Part shown: one piece after another, positions 21,022 to 37,163 of the stretch
How positions within the stretch are numbered: the stretch's first letter is position 1
How the letters are laid out: the number at the start of each line of letters is the position of its first letter
Notes under the pieces: generated by a model
What the model was told of the DNA's origin: nothing
What the model saw: only the letters and a program-made list of their open reading frames with translations
Databases searched by the model: none
Made by a program: the position numbers and the translations under genes
Source: Parasitella parasitica NRRL 2501
Taxonomy: Eukaryota > Fungi > Mucoromycota
DNA length: 64,000 nt
Direction of reading: 5' to 3'
Assembly: GCA_025201805.1 (NCBI GenBank)
Contig: MU619298.1
Span: forward strand, 16,647-80,646

Positions 21022-22078
21022 TTATTTTACAGCCTTCTTTTTGCGATTAGGCGCACTACCTTCGTCCAAACGCTTTCTTGAGCGTTTTCCACTGGTATCG
21101 TCTATCAACACACGTCAATCTCACAGGTGTCAATGGTCATGGTTACCTTCTTACCTCGAAGCTGCGAACTTGGTGAATCTAAGCTTCCGCTTGCATTCAT
21201 CTTTTCACTATCGGGCGTGTCAATGATCTGCCGTGATTGTGTTACCTTGACGGATGCAGTTTCAATAGCTCTGTCCATCCAGTGTCTAAATATTTGTGTT
21301 TCCTGTGCTCTCAGATTACTTTTAATTGTGCTTGCTGCATTCGTTGTGTTGTTAGTTGCACCCTTGACCGCTAGCGGAGATGTTTCTGATGCACTAGCAG
21401 ATTTTTTGTTGATTTCAGCAGATGTTTTCCAGCTGTATCCTTTCGATGGATGAAAATCCATCATAGCTTGTGTTTCCTTGAAAGCACTGTTGACATGGAA
21501 TAAGCTTGTCAACTAGCACGATAAATCAGTTGATCGTCCTCAATGCAAATATCTGTATCTTACCAATCTGTTAGCTATAACCGAATAAATGGTAGGAGAT
21601 TGATATACATTAGCGCCCATAATGTAATATGTAGCAATTGGGTTCACATCATCTGATGCTTGTCCACGTCTATATCGCTTTTGGATAATCCAAACTGGAG
21701 GCTGATCGTAAACAACTGCAAATTCGATACCTGTCATTTTGCTAGGTACAAAAAATAACACAATGAATGCTGTGGTTTACATACAATCAAAGCGTATAAG
21801 CATATATATACCGAAGGGCTTCGACCGTCGCTTCGTATGGCTGTCTTAAATCATTATACTGCGTTTGCATGGATAAGACTTGATTGTTGCAATGTCTGTC
21901 CCAAAATGGAGATAGGGCAAAGTAATCGAGTACCATTTGTTGATTTTGGAAACCTCCAACTCTCTTGATTTGCATTTAGAATTGTATTTGCGTGTTGATG
22001 ACAGTTTAATACCTCTAACCAATTTGTATCGCGCCATTCGACGCTTGTCAAGTCTTCGGTTGCTGTTACTCGCTGCAT
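21022..22078 (-). CDS. MED6: Mediator subunit Med6 (multi-exon)
   Basis: DLTSVEWRD, VLDYFALSPFWDRHCNNQVL, MTGIEF, WIIQKR, YYIMGANVYQSP and GYSW motifs. Confidence 0.9.
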
Positions 22079-22840
22079 CTAGATGTATTTTTGAAAGTGT
22101 ATTGCAACCTGGAGAGAGCATAGCAACGAAATTTAGTCAGTTCATAACGCACGCGATTGCCTGCGTGCAAGTGACGTGCGAATTACAAAATTATCAGTAG
22201 CTTATGGGTAGTAAAGACGAGGCATATCATGTCAAATACACCACTTGATGCCCAAGCACTCAGCTTTCCGAAAATCTTGGCATAGTTAATACAAAAGGAT
22301 TTGTTATAGATACTTTTAATGACCTATATAAACTTTTATATTCGAGCTTTCTTGTTTGGCATTTTTATCAAATTATCGTCAAAATCATAAACATAAACCG
22401 ACAGTGCTAGTCTTTGAGCACACGTTCATCCCACGGCAGTGTATACTGCCTAATGACAAGAATGCTGCTTCCAATAATCCTAAAAGCTTGAGACTAGCTG
22501 TCTTTTGATACGACAAAAAGTCGACAGTGCCTTACGGCGAAGGTTTCTGCAAACAGGAAAAGCATGTGTATCTTTATAATGTATACTGATCTTTGGCTGG
22601 CCATATACTAACGCTATATCGCCTTTAGAGCAGATGGTGCTATAAATCGCTGAGTTGCCATGCCGCTGTAATCAAAGGGCTATTTATCGCTCCATGTAGC
22701 TAAAAAAGTGACTTACGGCATAATTTAGTACCATTCTGTAGACTTTTTGATATCTGCAACGGCTACCATAATATGATCTGTTGATTCCGCATTAAGCTCG
22801 AGCATTTTTTTAAAAATAGGAAAAAGAGAAAATCAATGTA

Positions 22841-23793
22841 TTATATGGCAGACGAAACCAGTTTCGTTCTCATTCTAAGCTTATATGACTGATAAAATAC
22901 AAGCGCTAAATAAGTAGCGACATAATCTTTGATCATGTACATGATGCCCTGATTAAAGAAGCCTTTGATAAGTTGTGCTTGCATTCCCTTATAGAGGCCC
23001 AACCTTCCATCCTTTGCAATGACATCCTTCAGTGTTTCATTCATGCCCTTTTGCTTGCCTTCCTTATTTCCTATCATCCTGGTGCGCAAAAAGATGAATG
23101 GATATGTAACCATCGTAGCGATGCTTTTGGACATGGCAGAGAATAAAAAGACTTCCAACCCTGACAAACTAGCCTTGTTTTGAGTACGCATGTAGATTGA
23201 CTTTACCTTTTCAAACACAAAGTAAGTGATGGACGGGTTCGATACCAATACAATCGAAGCACGATAGCCTGTTGTACGCTGTCAAATACTGCCTCTTTTT
23301 TCCCATGTGTCAAATGTACATGCGCAAAAAATGTATATATTTACCTGTCCAGAAGCCTGTTGCTCCCTTCTCCTTAAAAATGTCCAATGCTGTTTGCTTG
23401 AATCCCTTTTCGATTTGGCCAGCAGTTTGAAGACGGGTTGTCACATTGGACACGGGTGTAGTAAAGAATCTCGAGATCAGAGCAGCCTCCGCTCCCAAAA
23501 ACAATTCCTGAGCAACATTCAATTGTGCCAATGATTTCCCCATATTTGTGTTCATTTTCTCTTGAACATTTCTTAATGCAGTGTAGCAGTAGAAATAGAT
23601 AAAACTGGACAAGACGGTTGCTATTGTATCAGATCCTAATCCAGCATACAATCCTTTCAATCCTCCTTCTTTCACATAGATGTTGGCAATGGTTCCAAGG
23701 ATGCCTTGCTTTTCCTCGTCGTCTCCTTTCAACTGGAGTCGAGTTGTTGATCTGTATGTTTTCGAGTTAGAATGGAACCTTTATATCAAACAC

Positions 23794-23858
<65 letters not shown>

Positions 23859-23989
23859 ATGCTTTACATGTCTAATGGATAGATGATCAAATTGGCAATG
23901 GTAGAGCCAACAGCGCCAGAGATAGCATGCCCCAAAGGTGGGAGTTTATAATCCTCAAAAGGCAGGATTTCGACTCCTTTTTGTTCCAT
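22841..23989 (-). CDS. Peroxisomal adenine nucleotide carrier (ANT1/PMP34-like SLC25)
   Basis: LPPLGHAISGA...YPLD, GLYAGL...SSFIYFY, TTPVSNVTTRLQ, NPSITY and TYPFI carrier repeats. Two introns. Confidence 0.85.
23790..23856. repeat. (CA)n microsatellite, ~33 units, in intron 1 of the carrier gene
   Basis: Directly visible, with a single CG interruption. Confidence 0.95.
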
Positions 23990-24545
23990 GTTTTGTATTT
24001 GAGCAGGAAGAAAAAAGAGGAAAATTTTTCAGGACGATAAATGTAATTAGATAATAAAGAATCACATGCTGTGTGTTGAAGAAGAAAAAGATAATAAAGC
24101 GTGGTGTAACCGAAGAAGCCACTGGTGCAATTTCATTATGCAATCAAAAAAGCATCATTCCAAAGTTGAGAATTTTCGTTGCTATAATAACCTAAATGGG
24201 TTCTGGCTCGATGATTTCCATTATGCAAAGAACCATATTCCTTCAAATCGAGCAGAAAAATTAAATAGGTAAGAATACCACGTACGGCCCAATTGACATG
24301 AGCTTCGCTTGCAATTGATTGGGTCTCTGCCCACATAGATTGTCAGGAACCACAGAGATATGCAATTTACTTTGGGCTTTCGGATGACGTGTGTTGAATC
24401 GGACTCTTCAGCTTCCAACTTGACTTTTAGCTACGCGTCATTACGGGTTAACGTAAGTCTTCCCGTTGCCTAAAGTCATCTTCCTTTTCCTTTTACTTTT
24501 TTGAAAGGATACCTTTTTTTTTTTTTTATAAGACAACAAACTAAT

Positions 24546-25712
<1,167 letters not shown>

Positions 25713-26466
25713 ATAAATGTATAAAGATTGGAAATAAGTTGCTAAAGTCTTTGGCACTTGGCAAGTTTTTTTTCTTTTTTTTTGTTTTTCAATGGAAGTT
25801 CTGGTTAGGGCTTATGTGCTAAGGGCTTTAAAACAAGAATGATTTTAAACTTTCAAGGCAGGCATTGTCATCTATTTGTAATTTTGAAATTTTTGTTACA
25901 GCAATTTAAAATCTCTCCGTAAAGAAATTCAGAAATATATAGAAAGCGACGCTCTTAATAACTGTCAAACAGAGCGAGATATAGACTTGAAAACCCTGCG
26001 ATGTATCTTCAAACGGTCCTCACACGTTTTATAGATCTCAGTGATAAAATTGAGGGGAATTTTATTGATTCAAAGCTTTTAAGGAAAGGCAGCATGCTAC
26101 ATAAAAATGCCAAAAGAACACTGTTTTCAAATATATTAATATAGTTTTTATTTATTTTTTTCTTAAATTGGAGCTTTTAAATTGCTCTTGTAAACAGATA
26201 GTGCTAGGTACTATTTGCATGAATTAGAAAAATGTGAATGTTTATTGGTATGATTGGAGTATAAAGAAAATGTGAGAAGGGAGGAACATGATGAAAGCTA
26301 TATTACTATTTTGTTGTTGTAAAAATATATTAAAAATGAACTCTTACTTGTTTTTTTTTTCAAGGTTATTATTTTTCTAGGTTAAAAAAAGTACATGTGG
26401 AAGTTCAAAAAAAAAGAAAAAGAGACAGAGTTGCTTCAAAGGTTGTACCAAAGCGATATGCAGTTT

Positions 26467-28769
26467 TTATCTAAATCGAAGGTAAAAATTGACCTAAAAG
26501 AAGAAAATGAGTTAATTAAATGTATCTNNNNNNNNNNAAAAAAGGACTTACAATAAGCGCAATGACCAACATCAGACACAAAACTGCAGGGCCCCAAATA
26601 TCGTCGTAGCGGCCATCAACACGGCGGTTGATCATCCAGGCACGCTTCTCAAATCTGTAGAGTGCGTAGATCGCAATACCAGCAGATAGACCGATAAAGA
26701 TACCACCAACAGTTCTTGAGATGGTGTCACCAAAATTAAGCAGATTCAAAGCTACCGTTAATAGCAGAGCACAGAACTGGAGCCAAGCGATAAATGTACG
26801 TTCGTTGGCGAAAAAGACTTTGGGTTCAACTCGAACCTTTACTTTTTGTCTCTTGCTGGTACTAGTGTCATCTCCTGTTACTGGCATGCCTAACTCGAGG
26901 TCGCCCGACTTCTGCTGATCTTGGTTCTTGCGATTGTTAAAGAATTTTTGAATTTGAGGAGGGAAGGACGCGGCGTTCTCATTGCCCTGCTTTCCTGGGG
27001 GCATAGGTGGTGATTGATTCGCCATGTGCGTAAATTCTTTGTTCTTGAAGTCTTCTACTGATGAAGAGGAACCATTGTTGATTGCAGTGTCAGTACCGCT
27101 TGATTTTGTAGAGATTTTTTCACCGCCAACAACCGCTTGCTGATGTGCCCTTTCTTTTTCTTCAATCATTGCTCTTCTGTATTTACCGTCAATCAGAGGC
27201 TTGAAGCTCCTTGAGCGAGTAAGACCGATGTTTTCAGCTCTAGGTTTACGAATGTCCACATTGAGTTCAGCCAACCACCAGGGGAGCAAGGGGAGTCTCT
27301 CACGATAGAAATGGCATGCACCATGCAGGTATTTTGAGAATCTCGGAACCTCATGGACGAGGTGGCTCTCGACTAGAGAGTTCAACCAGGCTGGAGGCTC
27401 TTGGCCTAGATGGGTTTGGAGCTTTGTTTCCAAGACGGCGTATGGGAAACGAAGGATGTCACTCTCCTTCAAGTGTGCAAAGGGGTAGTCGATGCCTACA
27501 TCATTGCGACGCCAATTATAAGTGGGCTGACGACGGTGCACTCCGTCCAAGTGGTCTTCACGGATAAACGTCAGATCCGTATCAAGAGAAATACGGACAC
27601 GCTGATTGTCAGGCAGCTGAAATGCTGTTCTGTTGTAAAATGCTCTCAGCATGGGCTCCAGTCTTTTCTCCCTGAATGATTTTTGCACACCACTAGCAAT
27701 GAAATGAGCACTTTCCACGGCGGGTTCATCAACGCCTGCTTTGCGCTGATCGCTGGCAATTTGGTCAGCGCTGTAGAGGCCCGTCATGAATTGATTCACC
27801 TGGTTTTCTTTGATTCTGAACCGATCCTTGACAGATGCACCGTCTAGCCAGGAAGCGTGATGTGTTTTACGCTCAATGAATACGCTTGTAGAGTTCATGG
27901 GCCCATACCTAACAAAAAAAACAACAAGGGATGGGGGTTACATTAGTATAGCAATTGTCTCCTATTTTTCAAAACCATGTATACCATCTGAATCTGATAG
28001 CTTCAGCTTCTTCATCTCGTTGTAAACGGCCAGTATACAGGTCAAAATTGGAGTTGTCAAAATAAGTACTTGAGATTGCGGAATCGGAGGGCTCCCATTT
28101 CTTGTCCTTGTTGAAGATGAGCACTGGCAAATGCAACATGATGATAGCCTTGACTTCGGTGATGTTATCAGGGTGGATCCAGTACTTTGCAGTAGCTCTT
28201 TCGAATGCATTTTGGTCTCCACCGGATGCACTGTTGCCTGGCGATTGCTTGCCCCGGTTACGGCAGATATCGTGAAGTGCAGAAATGTATATAATGGCAA
28301 CATCAAATCGCTGTTTATCAAGTGGCTTCTCTCTTAATTTGCCCACAAAATCACGTTTAAGATTCAAGCCAGTCCATTTATCATGCTTTTTCAGGATTTT
28401 CTGGATGGCAACGAAATTAACACGAGTAAAGCGAGAAAGATCATTCACATCAAACAAAATTTCGGTTAAAGCTTCATCCATGATTCCATAATTAGCATCG
28501 GAAGCCATGCTAGTGTTTTTCTGAAGTGTTTGTATGGTGCGTTCACAGTACAGAATTCGTGCATCGATCTCTGCTAATTTCGCATTTACAAAATCGTAGA
28601 CTTTGGTGAGTTCGTTGTCGAGCAGGTTTGTGAAGTCTCTCTCGTCTCTGTCTGTCCACCCGTGGTCTAATTGGCGAGACTTTAGCTCTTGCTTAAGTAC
28701 ATCATAGGAAATGTAGGACAAGCGCCATGGTGCGAATATATTTTGTTGTAATTCTTCGCCGTACTTCAT
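26467..28769 (-). CDS. VTC4: Vacuolar polyphosphate polymerase Vtc4 (SPX-VTC-3TM)
   Basis: SPX start (MKYG...YDVLK; KILKKHDK). VTC catalytic motifs KYW, IRFRWYG, FIERKTH, YNRTAF, RISLD and FSKYLHG. C-terminal [12 protein letters not shown]. Final mini-exon VNFYLRFR*. Confidence 0.92.
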
Positions 28770-31700
28770 TTTTGTGGAAAAGAGGAAAAGAAGAAAGAAA
28801 AAGGATCTCGGAGGAGGAGGAAAGGGATTATCATATACATAATGAAATAGCTATTTATAAGACAAGTAATTCTGATGCAGAGACAAGCAGCATTCAGTCA
28901 ATGAAATGCAAAGTTGGTTGTTAAGGAGATAACTTAGGGGCACCAATTTTTTTNNNNNNNNNNTCAACAGGTATTTGCATAACGAATCTCCCGCTTTTCC
29001 CTGTTATATCGACATTTTATGGCCACTCGTCTCCTAGTGGTGTACTGGACGGCGTACTCCATTTCATTCAGCCTTGTTTTGCGTTGATACAAGGACAAGA
29101 TACCATCATGGATCACGTAGATCCAATCGTTCACTTTATCAAATTGACATTAGACACCACGCCTTATTTCCAAATCAAGCTGCTTATTGAACATGTACAG
29201 ATAGACAAACAGCTTGTAAACCCAAAAAATAAAATCAGAAACAAAGAATAATTTATACATCAAGCAAAAAAGGCGTCTCCTAATAAGAAATCATGATTTT
29301 GTAGTGTGCTCCCTTTAATCATTGTCTTTTTTAATTTTTTTCGTGCAACCATCATAAAACAGTCTATTTGATAATCATCACCACCACCAGCATTTCATTA
29401 GCATTCAAAACGAAGAGAGAGGACCATCCATCTATTCATTCATTCATTTGCAGAAAAGGATCCATTTACATCGACCCAAGAGCAACATTATACCAAAAAA
29501 AAAAGGCATGCGCACTCCTGCATTTTACCAGGTAAAAGTGTATAAACAAAACGAGATGGGGTGTTTTTTTGTAACGACAATCCTTTTTTAACGATTGACC
29601 CGTTTGTCATTCATCAAATTACACTATAATAACAAAAGCAGCGAAAATATCATTCAAGCCCGAATATATATAGAATTCTAGCTCTACAAATACCGTAAAT
29701 AAAGTGAAATTATGTCTAGTGTGAACATGATGCGTAGTCTGCTGTATGTGTGATAAAGTCATAATACCACTTCGTTTTTTGTATATTTTGGTCTTTTATG
29801 ATATTTCTGCTTATATCAGTTGCATATTTTTAGCAAGATATTATAGCCAATAATAGATTACAACACTATACAAAAAAACAAACATATGCGCACAAAAAAA
29901 AGAAAAAGACTTTGTCAGATAGTGGCCAATTCAGAACATACAACCACTTCAAAATACATATTGTATAATATTGTGCATTTTGTGGACAAAAATTTACGCA
30001 ACGAAGGATTCTTTTCTTTCTTCAAGGGGTAGATAGTCAGAGCACCACCGCCCCTTTTAATAATACAAATATCCAACCTGTAGTATGATGGCGCGCTAAG
30101 AATGATACACTATATAAAATACTCAAAAAAGGATGACAATATGTTCATTTTGTCATATCTTGCGCATTCACGCATGACAAATGCAATGTATTTAATACAT
30201 ATATAAAAAGAAAAATAGAACCTTAAGAAATATCTTAATTTAAAGCATTCAAATCTTGTTCGATTTATATATATGATGAAAAGTGAAAGAATAGATAAAA
30301 TACAGATACAGTGTTCTTTTTTTTCCTTCTGTTAATAGAGTAGTCTCATTATCTTTTTTGGATGAAAATGATCAAGGCTAGATTTTGCAAGTACATTTAT
30401 GCATAATTTGTACAATACGGAAATATGTGTGTATTTCGTGATACACTATTTGCACACATCTCTTGGAGACAATAGTTCCCTAAATTTATTCAGACGTGTT
30501 TCACTACACATCATCAAGCAAATTTTTACGGATGATACATTTCATAATCAAATCATACACTGCCAAATCATTTTTCTGTAGTTATGCAGATTATGGGTTG
30601 ATCCTAACAAGTCAAGTTTCCGCAAATATAATTATCTAGTGAAGTGACTGAAGGTCTCCGTAACGATATTGATTTAACAACTACTAACAGCCTAGAGAGC
30701 TCTAGCATGCAATATCCAATTTATTGAGACTTTCAATGTTGAACGAGGTTTATTTTATGGCCATTTCAGATCATTAGAAACGCCTAAATACGAAATTATG
30801 CAATGCCTTTATTGTCTTGACATCTTACTTGAGTTTCGTGCAAATTGACCAACTTTTTTTTTTCAACTAAATCCATTCGATTTTCCCTTGTATACCCTCA
30901 TGAATTTTAGCTAAAAACCTTTCTTTCCATTTTTGGCCCCAAAAACAACTTTTTTTGCAAGCAATAGTCTGATGAGTATAAACTTTAGTCTTTTTAGTTT
31001 TATATGAAATAATTTAAAACAAAGTTTTATTAGTTCACTAAAGAGATTTTTCAGAAAAATGAAATTGAGGTTTTGAGAGATTAACTCTCTGTATATGAAA
31101 TCAATACGAATAAAAAAATCAGTAGCACATTTAAAAAAATTGGAGCAAAATATAGTAGTATAACAGTCAAACAAGTTTATTTGATACATCGCTTATAAAA
31201 AATCTTTAAAGATTTAAAAAAGCTAATCGATCCATTTTTGGCATCTCCAAGAAGCCAGCGTCCAGACCTATTTCAAACCCCGCCTAGTATGATGATACTT
31301 TCACTTTCTTCAGCTAAAAATACTTTAATTTAGTGTCTGAATCTACCGTATACATTATGATGTAGCCCAATTCTTTTATATTACTGGCTATTGTAAAGGA
31401 AATAATAAAAAATTATTAGCATTTGGAGGTCCTATACATGATATTTCAAAAGATGGTTAGGAAGTTAAAACATATGCTGGTTCACCCCGCATTAATGGTC
31501 TACCCAACCATTAAACCAAGGATATGCTAAACTGAAGTGCAGTGATCAAATGTGGGATTGCCAGTGAGCATGAAACCAAGATGTAAAGGTATATCACGTC
31601 TATCAAATTACAAAGATAACACATTCTACGGTATATTATAACAACGACTTACAATAAAATAAAAATATAATAAAGCAGCAATACAGTATCTCTATGGATA

Positions 31701-33591
31701 GATGCTGTTTTCTTGAGGTTTGCGTATTAACAAACTAATCTAACAAACATTGGGACTCATAATTTTTGGTCAAATACTCTTGCGACTTCCGCAAAGCCAA
31801 GCTCAATGTGCGTAATTGAGATGAGCATGTCAAATATTAGATCCAGAGCCAGAGAGAATGCTCGTCTGTTAAATGAACATTAAATTCTGCTATACGGCAT
31901 TTCAGCTATAACTGGTTCTTCTGAAACAAAAAGAGTTGCTAGACATTTTTTAGTGATCTTCAATAAAAATTGATAAAAAAAGGCGGGGGGGGGGGTAAAT
32001 GCTACAGTATTCATTCAGAAACTTTTGATGCGAGTTGTTCTGACTGAAATATACGCATGTTAACAGTATCACTGTCGCCGTGTAGCAATGTAAGCTTACT
32101 ACCGTCGTAGATATCTCTTCTCAATAGTGCAACATCCATCAACGTGTCATTCCAAGGTTTAGCTCTTTAGTCAAATGCGTCTATTGAGAAGGAAGCCAGG
32201 TATTTTCGAAAAGCGCTATTTGGCACTCAAAGGTCATATCCATCTGATTGTAAAAATGTCCAACTCTTCTTTGGTCTCCGATCCAAAAAAAAAAAAAAAA
32301 AAAAAGATGCAATTGCCTACCAGGGAATGAGGTGGTGAAAGAAAAAAAAACATCACTTTTCTTTTCAAGACATGAATGACAATACAAGACTTTTGATGTC
32401 AATGATGCACCAAAAAAAAAAAGGTAAGACTGTCGCTCATTGTAAATAGAAGAAGTTTGAAATTATGATATTGGAAATATGCCAAGTTACATTACATACA
32501 CCAGTATTCTTTTTCTCCTTATATTTAGCCCCCCCTAATAACATTTTTTTCCTCGGAGCAATCAGTGCCATGATAATCGATTTTCCATTACAAATTGTAG
32601 TAACCGTTCGATTGGAATAACCACAAACTTGAGTTTTAAACCATAAACGTGGGGAAGCTCAAATTGGTAATTAAGATTACTACATGACAAAACCGTTAAC
32701 ATGTCTATATTATTCGATAGCATATGGTGGATGCAGCTTTCTGGAACAAACTGATCATCCTTTTTTTTTAAATCACACAACTGTTTGTTTTAAAAGAGCT
32801 GCTTGTGATAATATGGCTTTCACTATACAGTTCTGCTTCAATATTTCACGTATGATTCTATATCGTTTCACAACACCCCCACCTTTTCTTTCTTTAATAT
32901 TAATTCTCCCACGTTTATCCAAAAGAATTGTGGAGAGTCATCATAACGACAAATTCATATTACCAATATAAAATGATGATGATTCATTTCAAATGATAAA
33001 TCAGTCTTGGTTTCTTTCTTTTGGGATATTCACAATTTGGCTGATCCCCCTTTTTTTATTTTTTTATAAATCTGCACATTCGTATGTGTATCTACATACA
33101 TATTGCAAGTATTCAACGTTCATCATTTTTGCGGGGAACCTCTACCGCGGAATAAACGCCTCTGGAAACAGGCCAGAATGTATGCACAATTGGTTCCATG
33201 TGAAACCCTATGAATCAGCTTTAAGCTATGATTTCAAGCGGAGAGGACCGGGTCTAGGTTTAAGAAGGGTTCAAAGGGCCTGCCCACCATCAGCAAAAAG
33301 GGAAAGTTACACCATAGCAAGTTTCCTAATAAAATGGGCCAGTTTTTTTTACAATTCTTGCCCTCTTTTTCCTCTCAAGAAATCCTTTTTCTACTTGTAT
33401 CATTTGTCTATTTCTTAATGATAATAAACATATCACTTTTATCATAAACTTGACAAGAAAATAAACGCTTTCTGCCGCTCTCGCCCTCGCTCGCTCGCTC
33501 TCTCTCTCTCGCCCTCGCTGTGTCTCATCTCTTTTTTTTATCTTCTCCCTTTTTATACTCTCTCCTAGTTCTTTCATATCAACAACTAAAC

Positions 33592-34747
33592 ATGGAATAC
33601 GATCCTGCCCACAAGACTTCGAGTGTTACCAGCACCAGCAGTAGTACCTCTTCTATCTGGGATCCGTTGCCTTCTCTTTATACTGGCCGTGCGGATTCAG
33701 TCTCAAGCGCTTACGACTTTGATGATCTCCAAGAGCCCGAATCATTCAATGATCACAGCCTCCACTCAATTGTGCTGAATGAAGACAACGAACAGCAGCA
33801 AAAGTCTTTCAATGAGTTTCTCAACAGTTTTCTGGAAGAAAATCAAATCAAAGAGGTATGACAAAGATAATTTTCTCACATATTTTCATGTTACTCAAAA
33901 TAGCGCCACTTAGGAAGTTATTGGTCATCATGAGCTACCCCCACCCGACAGTTTGTGTAATGGGAAAAGGCCCAAAAGACCTTATCAAGAGATTGAAGAG
34001 CAAGACAAGAAGAACAGAGATCTTCTTTCAGATGATCAAAAGCGTGCAAACCATATCGCTTCTGAGCAAAAGAGACGCAACACAATCCGCGGCGGATTCA
34101 AGGAGCTGACCGAAATCATCCCTACTCTAAAGAACATTAACAATTCAAAGAGCACCATTTTATTCAAGTCTGTTGAGTACATCAAACAAATGGACAAGCG
34201 TAACAAGGCATTGAAAGAGAGACTAGCTCAGTTGCAGCAAAGAGTCCAACAAAAGACGCTGAAAAAGCATTCCAACTTACCTTCCAGTGCAATTGCCGCC
34301 TTGATTGCTCATAAAAACCAGCAAAAACAATTGGAGTTACTGCAAGAGCAATTAAGAGTGCAGCAGGCACTCCTCACTAAACACAATATTCAACCACATC
34401 AATCTCTTTACCCATTCGCGCATACAGCATCTTCTAAAGATGGTGATTATCATTCCATTTCAATCCCTGCAATGATTGATACTCCAACGACCTCAACGGC
34501 AACCTCACCCACTCTTCAGCATGCATCATTACCTCTCTCTACTTCTTTGTCTTCCTCTGTAAATAATAGCATTTCATTCTCTTCTCCTGCTGCGTTGGTC
34601 ATGCCATCAGATGAATGGCAACAGCAACATTTAGCTCCTAGTTTCATCATTCCAGCCGATGAAAATTACAATCAAAACCATTTAAGTTTCCGTGAACGTT
34701 TATTGAGTTCTGGTAAATTGAACCATTTAAGAAAAATATCCATGTAA
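33592..34747 (+). CDS. bHLH-Zip transcription factor (Max/Mlx/Ino4-like)
   Basis: KRANHIASEQKRRNTIRGGFKELTEIIP...SKSTILFKSVEYI followed by a coiled coil. Intron ~33856-33903. Confidence 0.88.
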
Positions 34748-36188
34748 TTCTATGCTCTCTATGACCTATGCCCTCTACATAATAATAAAATTATCACATG
34801 TTATTTTAATTGCTTTCTCAATCTTTTACCTTGCTAATTTGGGATATTTACATGTATAAGATTCGATAAAGGTTTTGTGTTACTCGTGCTATCGAAGCAT
34901 CTGTGCCATCGGGGCTTTGAGGAACTATCATAGTAATCGCTTTAGATATTACTATTCATAGTCATATTTGTTGGTTATTTACAAAAGAAAAAAGGCATCA
35001 GTTAGAAAGTAGTATATAAACAAACATGTGCATTTAGAAACTCTCTTTTTTTTTCAATCAATTTCCAATTAAAGCTATAAATGCAATAAACATAGGTATG
35101 GGTATACCTCAACATTTAAATAATGTGATTTATGATAGTGTTCTTGATAGGAAATAACATTGCTTTCCGAAGACATGCTTGGGGCGTCTCTGATTGCCAT
35201 ACTTTTTTTTTTTTTTTTTTTTTNNNNNNNNNNNNNNNNNNNNNNNNNAATCAGGAAAACATTGATCATGGCTTGAACCTCCTGTTCCTTGCTCAACCAA
35301 GGAATGGGATATCGACATACGCAGCTCTTTTCATCGTTTAGGGATTTCTTTCGGGAAGCAAAGATGGAAAGCCTGCGCCTGCTTAGCACAGCATTAGTCA
35401 AACTCGATAGCTTATCCCTTGAGCAATGACAACCAGTGCAGCCTATAAGCGCACTACTTCCAACCAGTGTTACTACTTACAGCCTACCGTTTTGGGTTAC
35501 TGATTTCTACTGCTCTCTTACAACTTACAAATAAATAAGGAATGTGTTAACAACAGCGACGCAATTGATAACACCAAGTTGCTAAATTTTCAGGGTATAC
35601 CGATAGACCCAGCATGCATTATCAGTGTTTGAAATTTAACAATTCATGATTTATTCAGGTCATGAAAAGAATTTCTAGCTTTTGCTCATATATTGTATGA
35701 TTCATTTTCTCTAAACCATGTGTCGATGGCCCTGGTATTGGAAGAATGGTGCGATGCTTGGCTCTTTAATCCATTCTGAATAATTAAATACAGAAAAGCA
35801 ATTCTCGAAAAAAATTGATTGCTTTAGCAGATAATTTCTTACACAAATATATGTACTCAGATGGCCCTAATTTAGGCCTACACACCTATACATCGTCTTG
35901 GTTGGACGGTATAGTCAAGAAGCTGTTATTTCGTAAAAGCATTATTATTTTTTTTCTTTTGATTAGTTTTTTCAGTTGTTAAGATTGTCCCTGATTAATG
36001 AGCCAAGTGCAAAGTAGCTTGACAGTACTAGCCTAAAGACTTTTAATCCTGCGAATCATGATCCAACGAATTTGAGAAAATGGTTCGCCGCTAAAACATG
36101 TAAACATATGATATGGAAAGAAACGATGCATAATAAAGCAAAGCGTCCCAGCAAGGGATTATTCGTACAGCATTTGATTTTAGTTTAT

Positions 36189-36918
36189 TCAATTATCATT
36201 ATTACGAGAAACGAAAAAGTTAACGCCAACTAATTCAAGTTCATTCTCGTTGACAAAAGTCTTGAAGTCCCATTTGGCACGATCTTCTGCCAAGATGCCG
36301 AAATCAGCTTGAGTTTTGGGTTGCTTATAAAGCAAAAAGATGTAGCGATGGTCGCGAGTTTGTGGTGGAGGAGCAGGACCCATATAAGGAGACAAAGCCC
36401 TACCTTCATCAATCTTGCCAGAGCCTGTTTGACTTGTTAGTTCAACTGAAATGTTAATTTTTTCATAGGTCTCTGAGTAACTTACCTGGGATATTAACAA
36501 CAACCCAATGACGATATGGACCCCATTTAGGATCTTCTTTACAAGGGGCATCAGGATCGACCTACATTATGTATATTTATTAGACGAAATGAATAAGTGC
36601 ATGGCGTTCTTGTAAGAGATACCAATAAAAGAGTATATTCTGCAGTTTCATCAAGACCGATAAATGTCAATTCAGGGATGTCGGCAGACTTCGAAGGCTC
36701 GATAAAGTTCCCTAAAGCGACATCTTCACCACTGGTAAATTTAACCTGTAGTTGAACAGGAAAGTCGTTCTTCTCTGGAATAACTAATTGTTTTTGTTTT
36801 ACGTGTTGATTTGAGGAGAAAGCAAGATCTTATTGGGATGCGAACACTTACTATTGGGGCTAATGTCGGCATTCTTTAAAGCATTGCCCAGGTTCATTTC
36901 CATAGTAACAAGAGGCAT
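36189..36918 (-). CDS. Phosphatidylethanolamine-binding protein (PEBP/Tfs1-like)
   Basis: DPDAP, RHWVVVNIPG and YMGPAPP...HRYIFLLYKQ motifs. Three introns. Confidence 0.92.
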
Positions 36919-37163
36919 ATTAAAAACTATTTTCAATTTAAACCGAAAAAGAGAAAAAGAAACGAGTTTTGTTGATTGAATTTCATCATGATGATTTATG
37001 GTGCCCATTTAAGGATGGCCGCTTCTTTTTGAGGTTTGAGCAACTCGGTGAAACACTCCACAGTGACGTGGTCCCGAATGTAATACAACAAAGAGCAGAG
37101 TAGATTAACCTTCTTTTTCTCCCTGTTTTCTCATTCAACAGTTTTATTGAATTTTATATACAA

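Noticed and set aside
28770-33590. Short ORFs in the long VTC4-bHLH intergenic region
   Set aside because: Low-complexity, AT-rich and without motifs or splice-consistent structure. Treated as non-coding.
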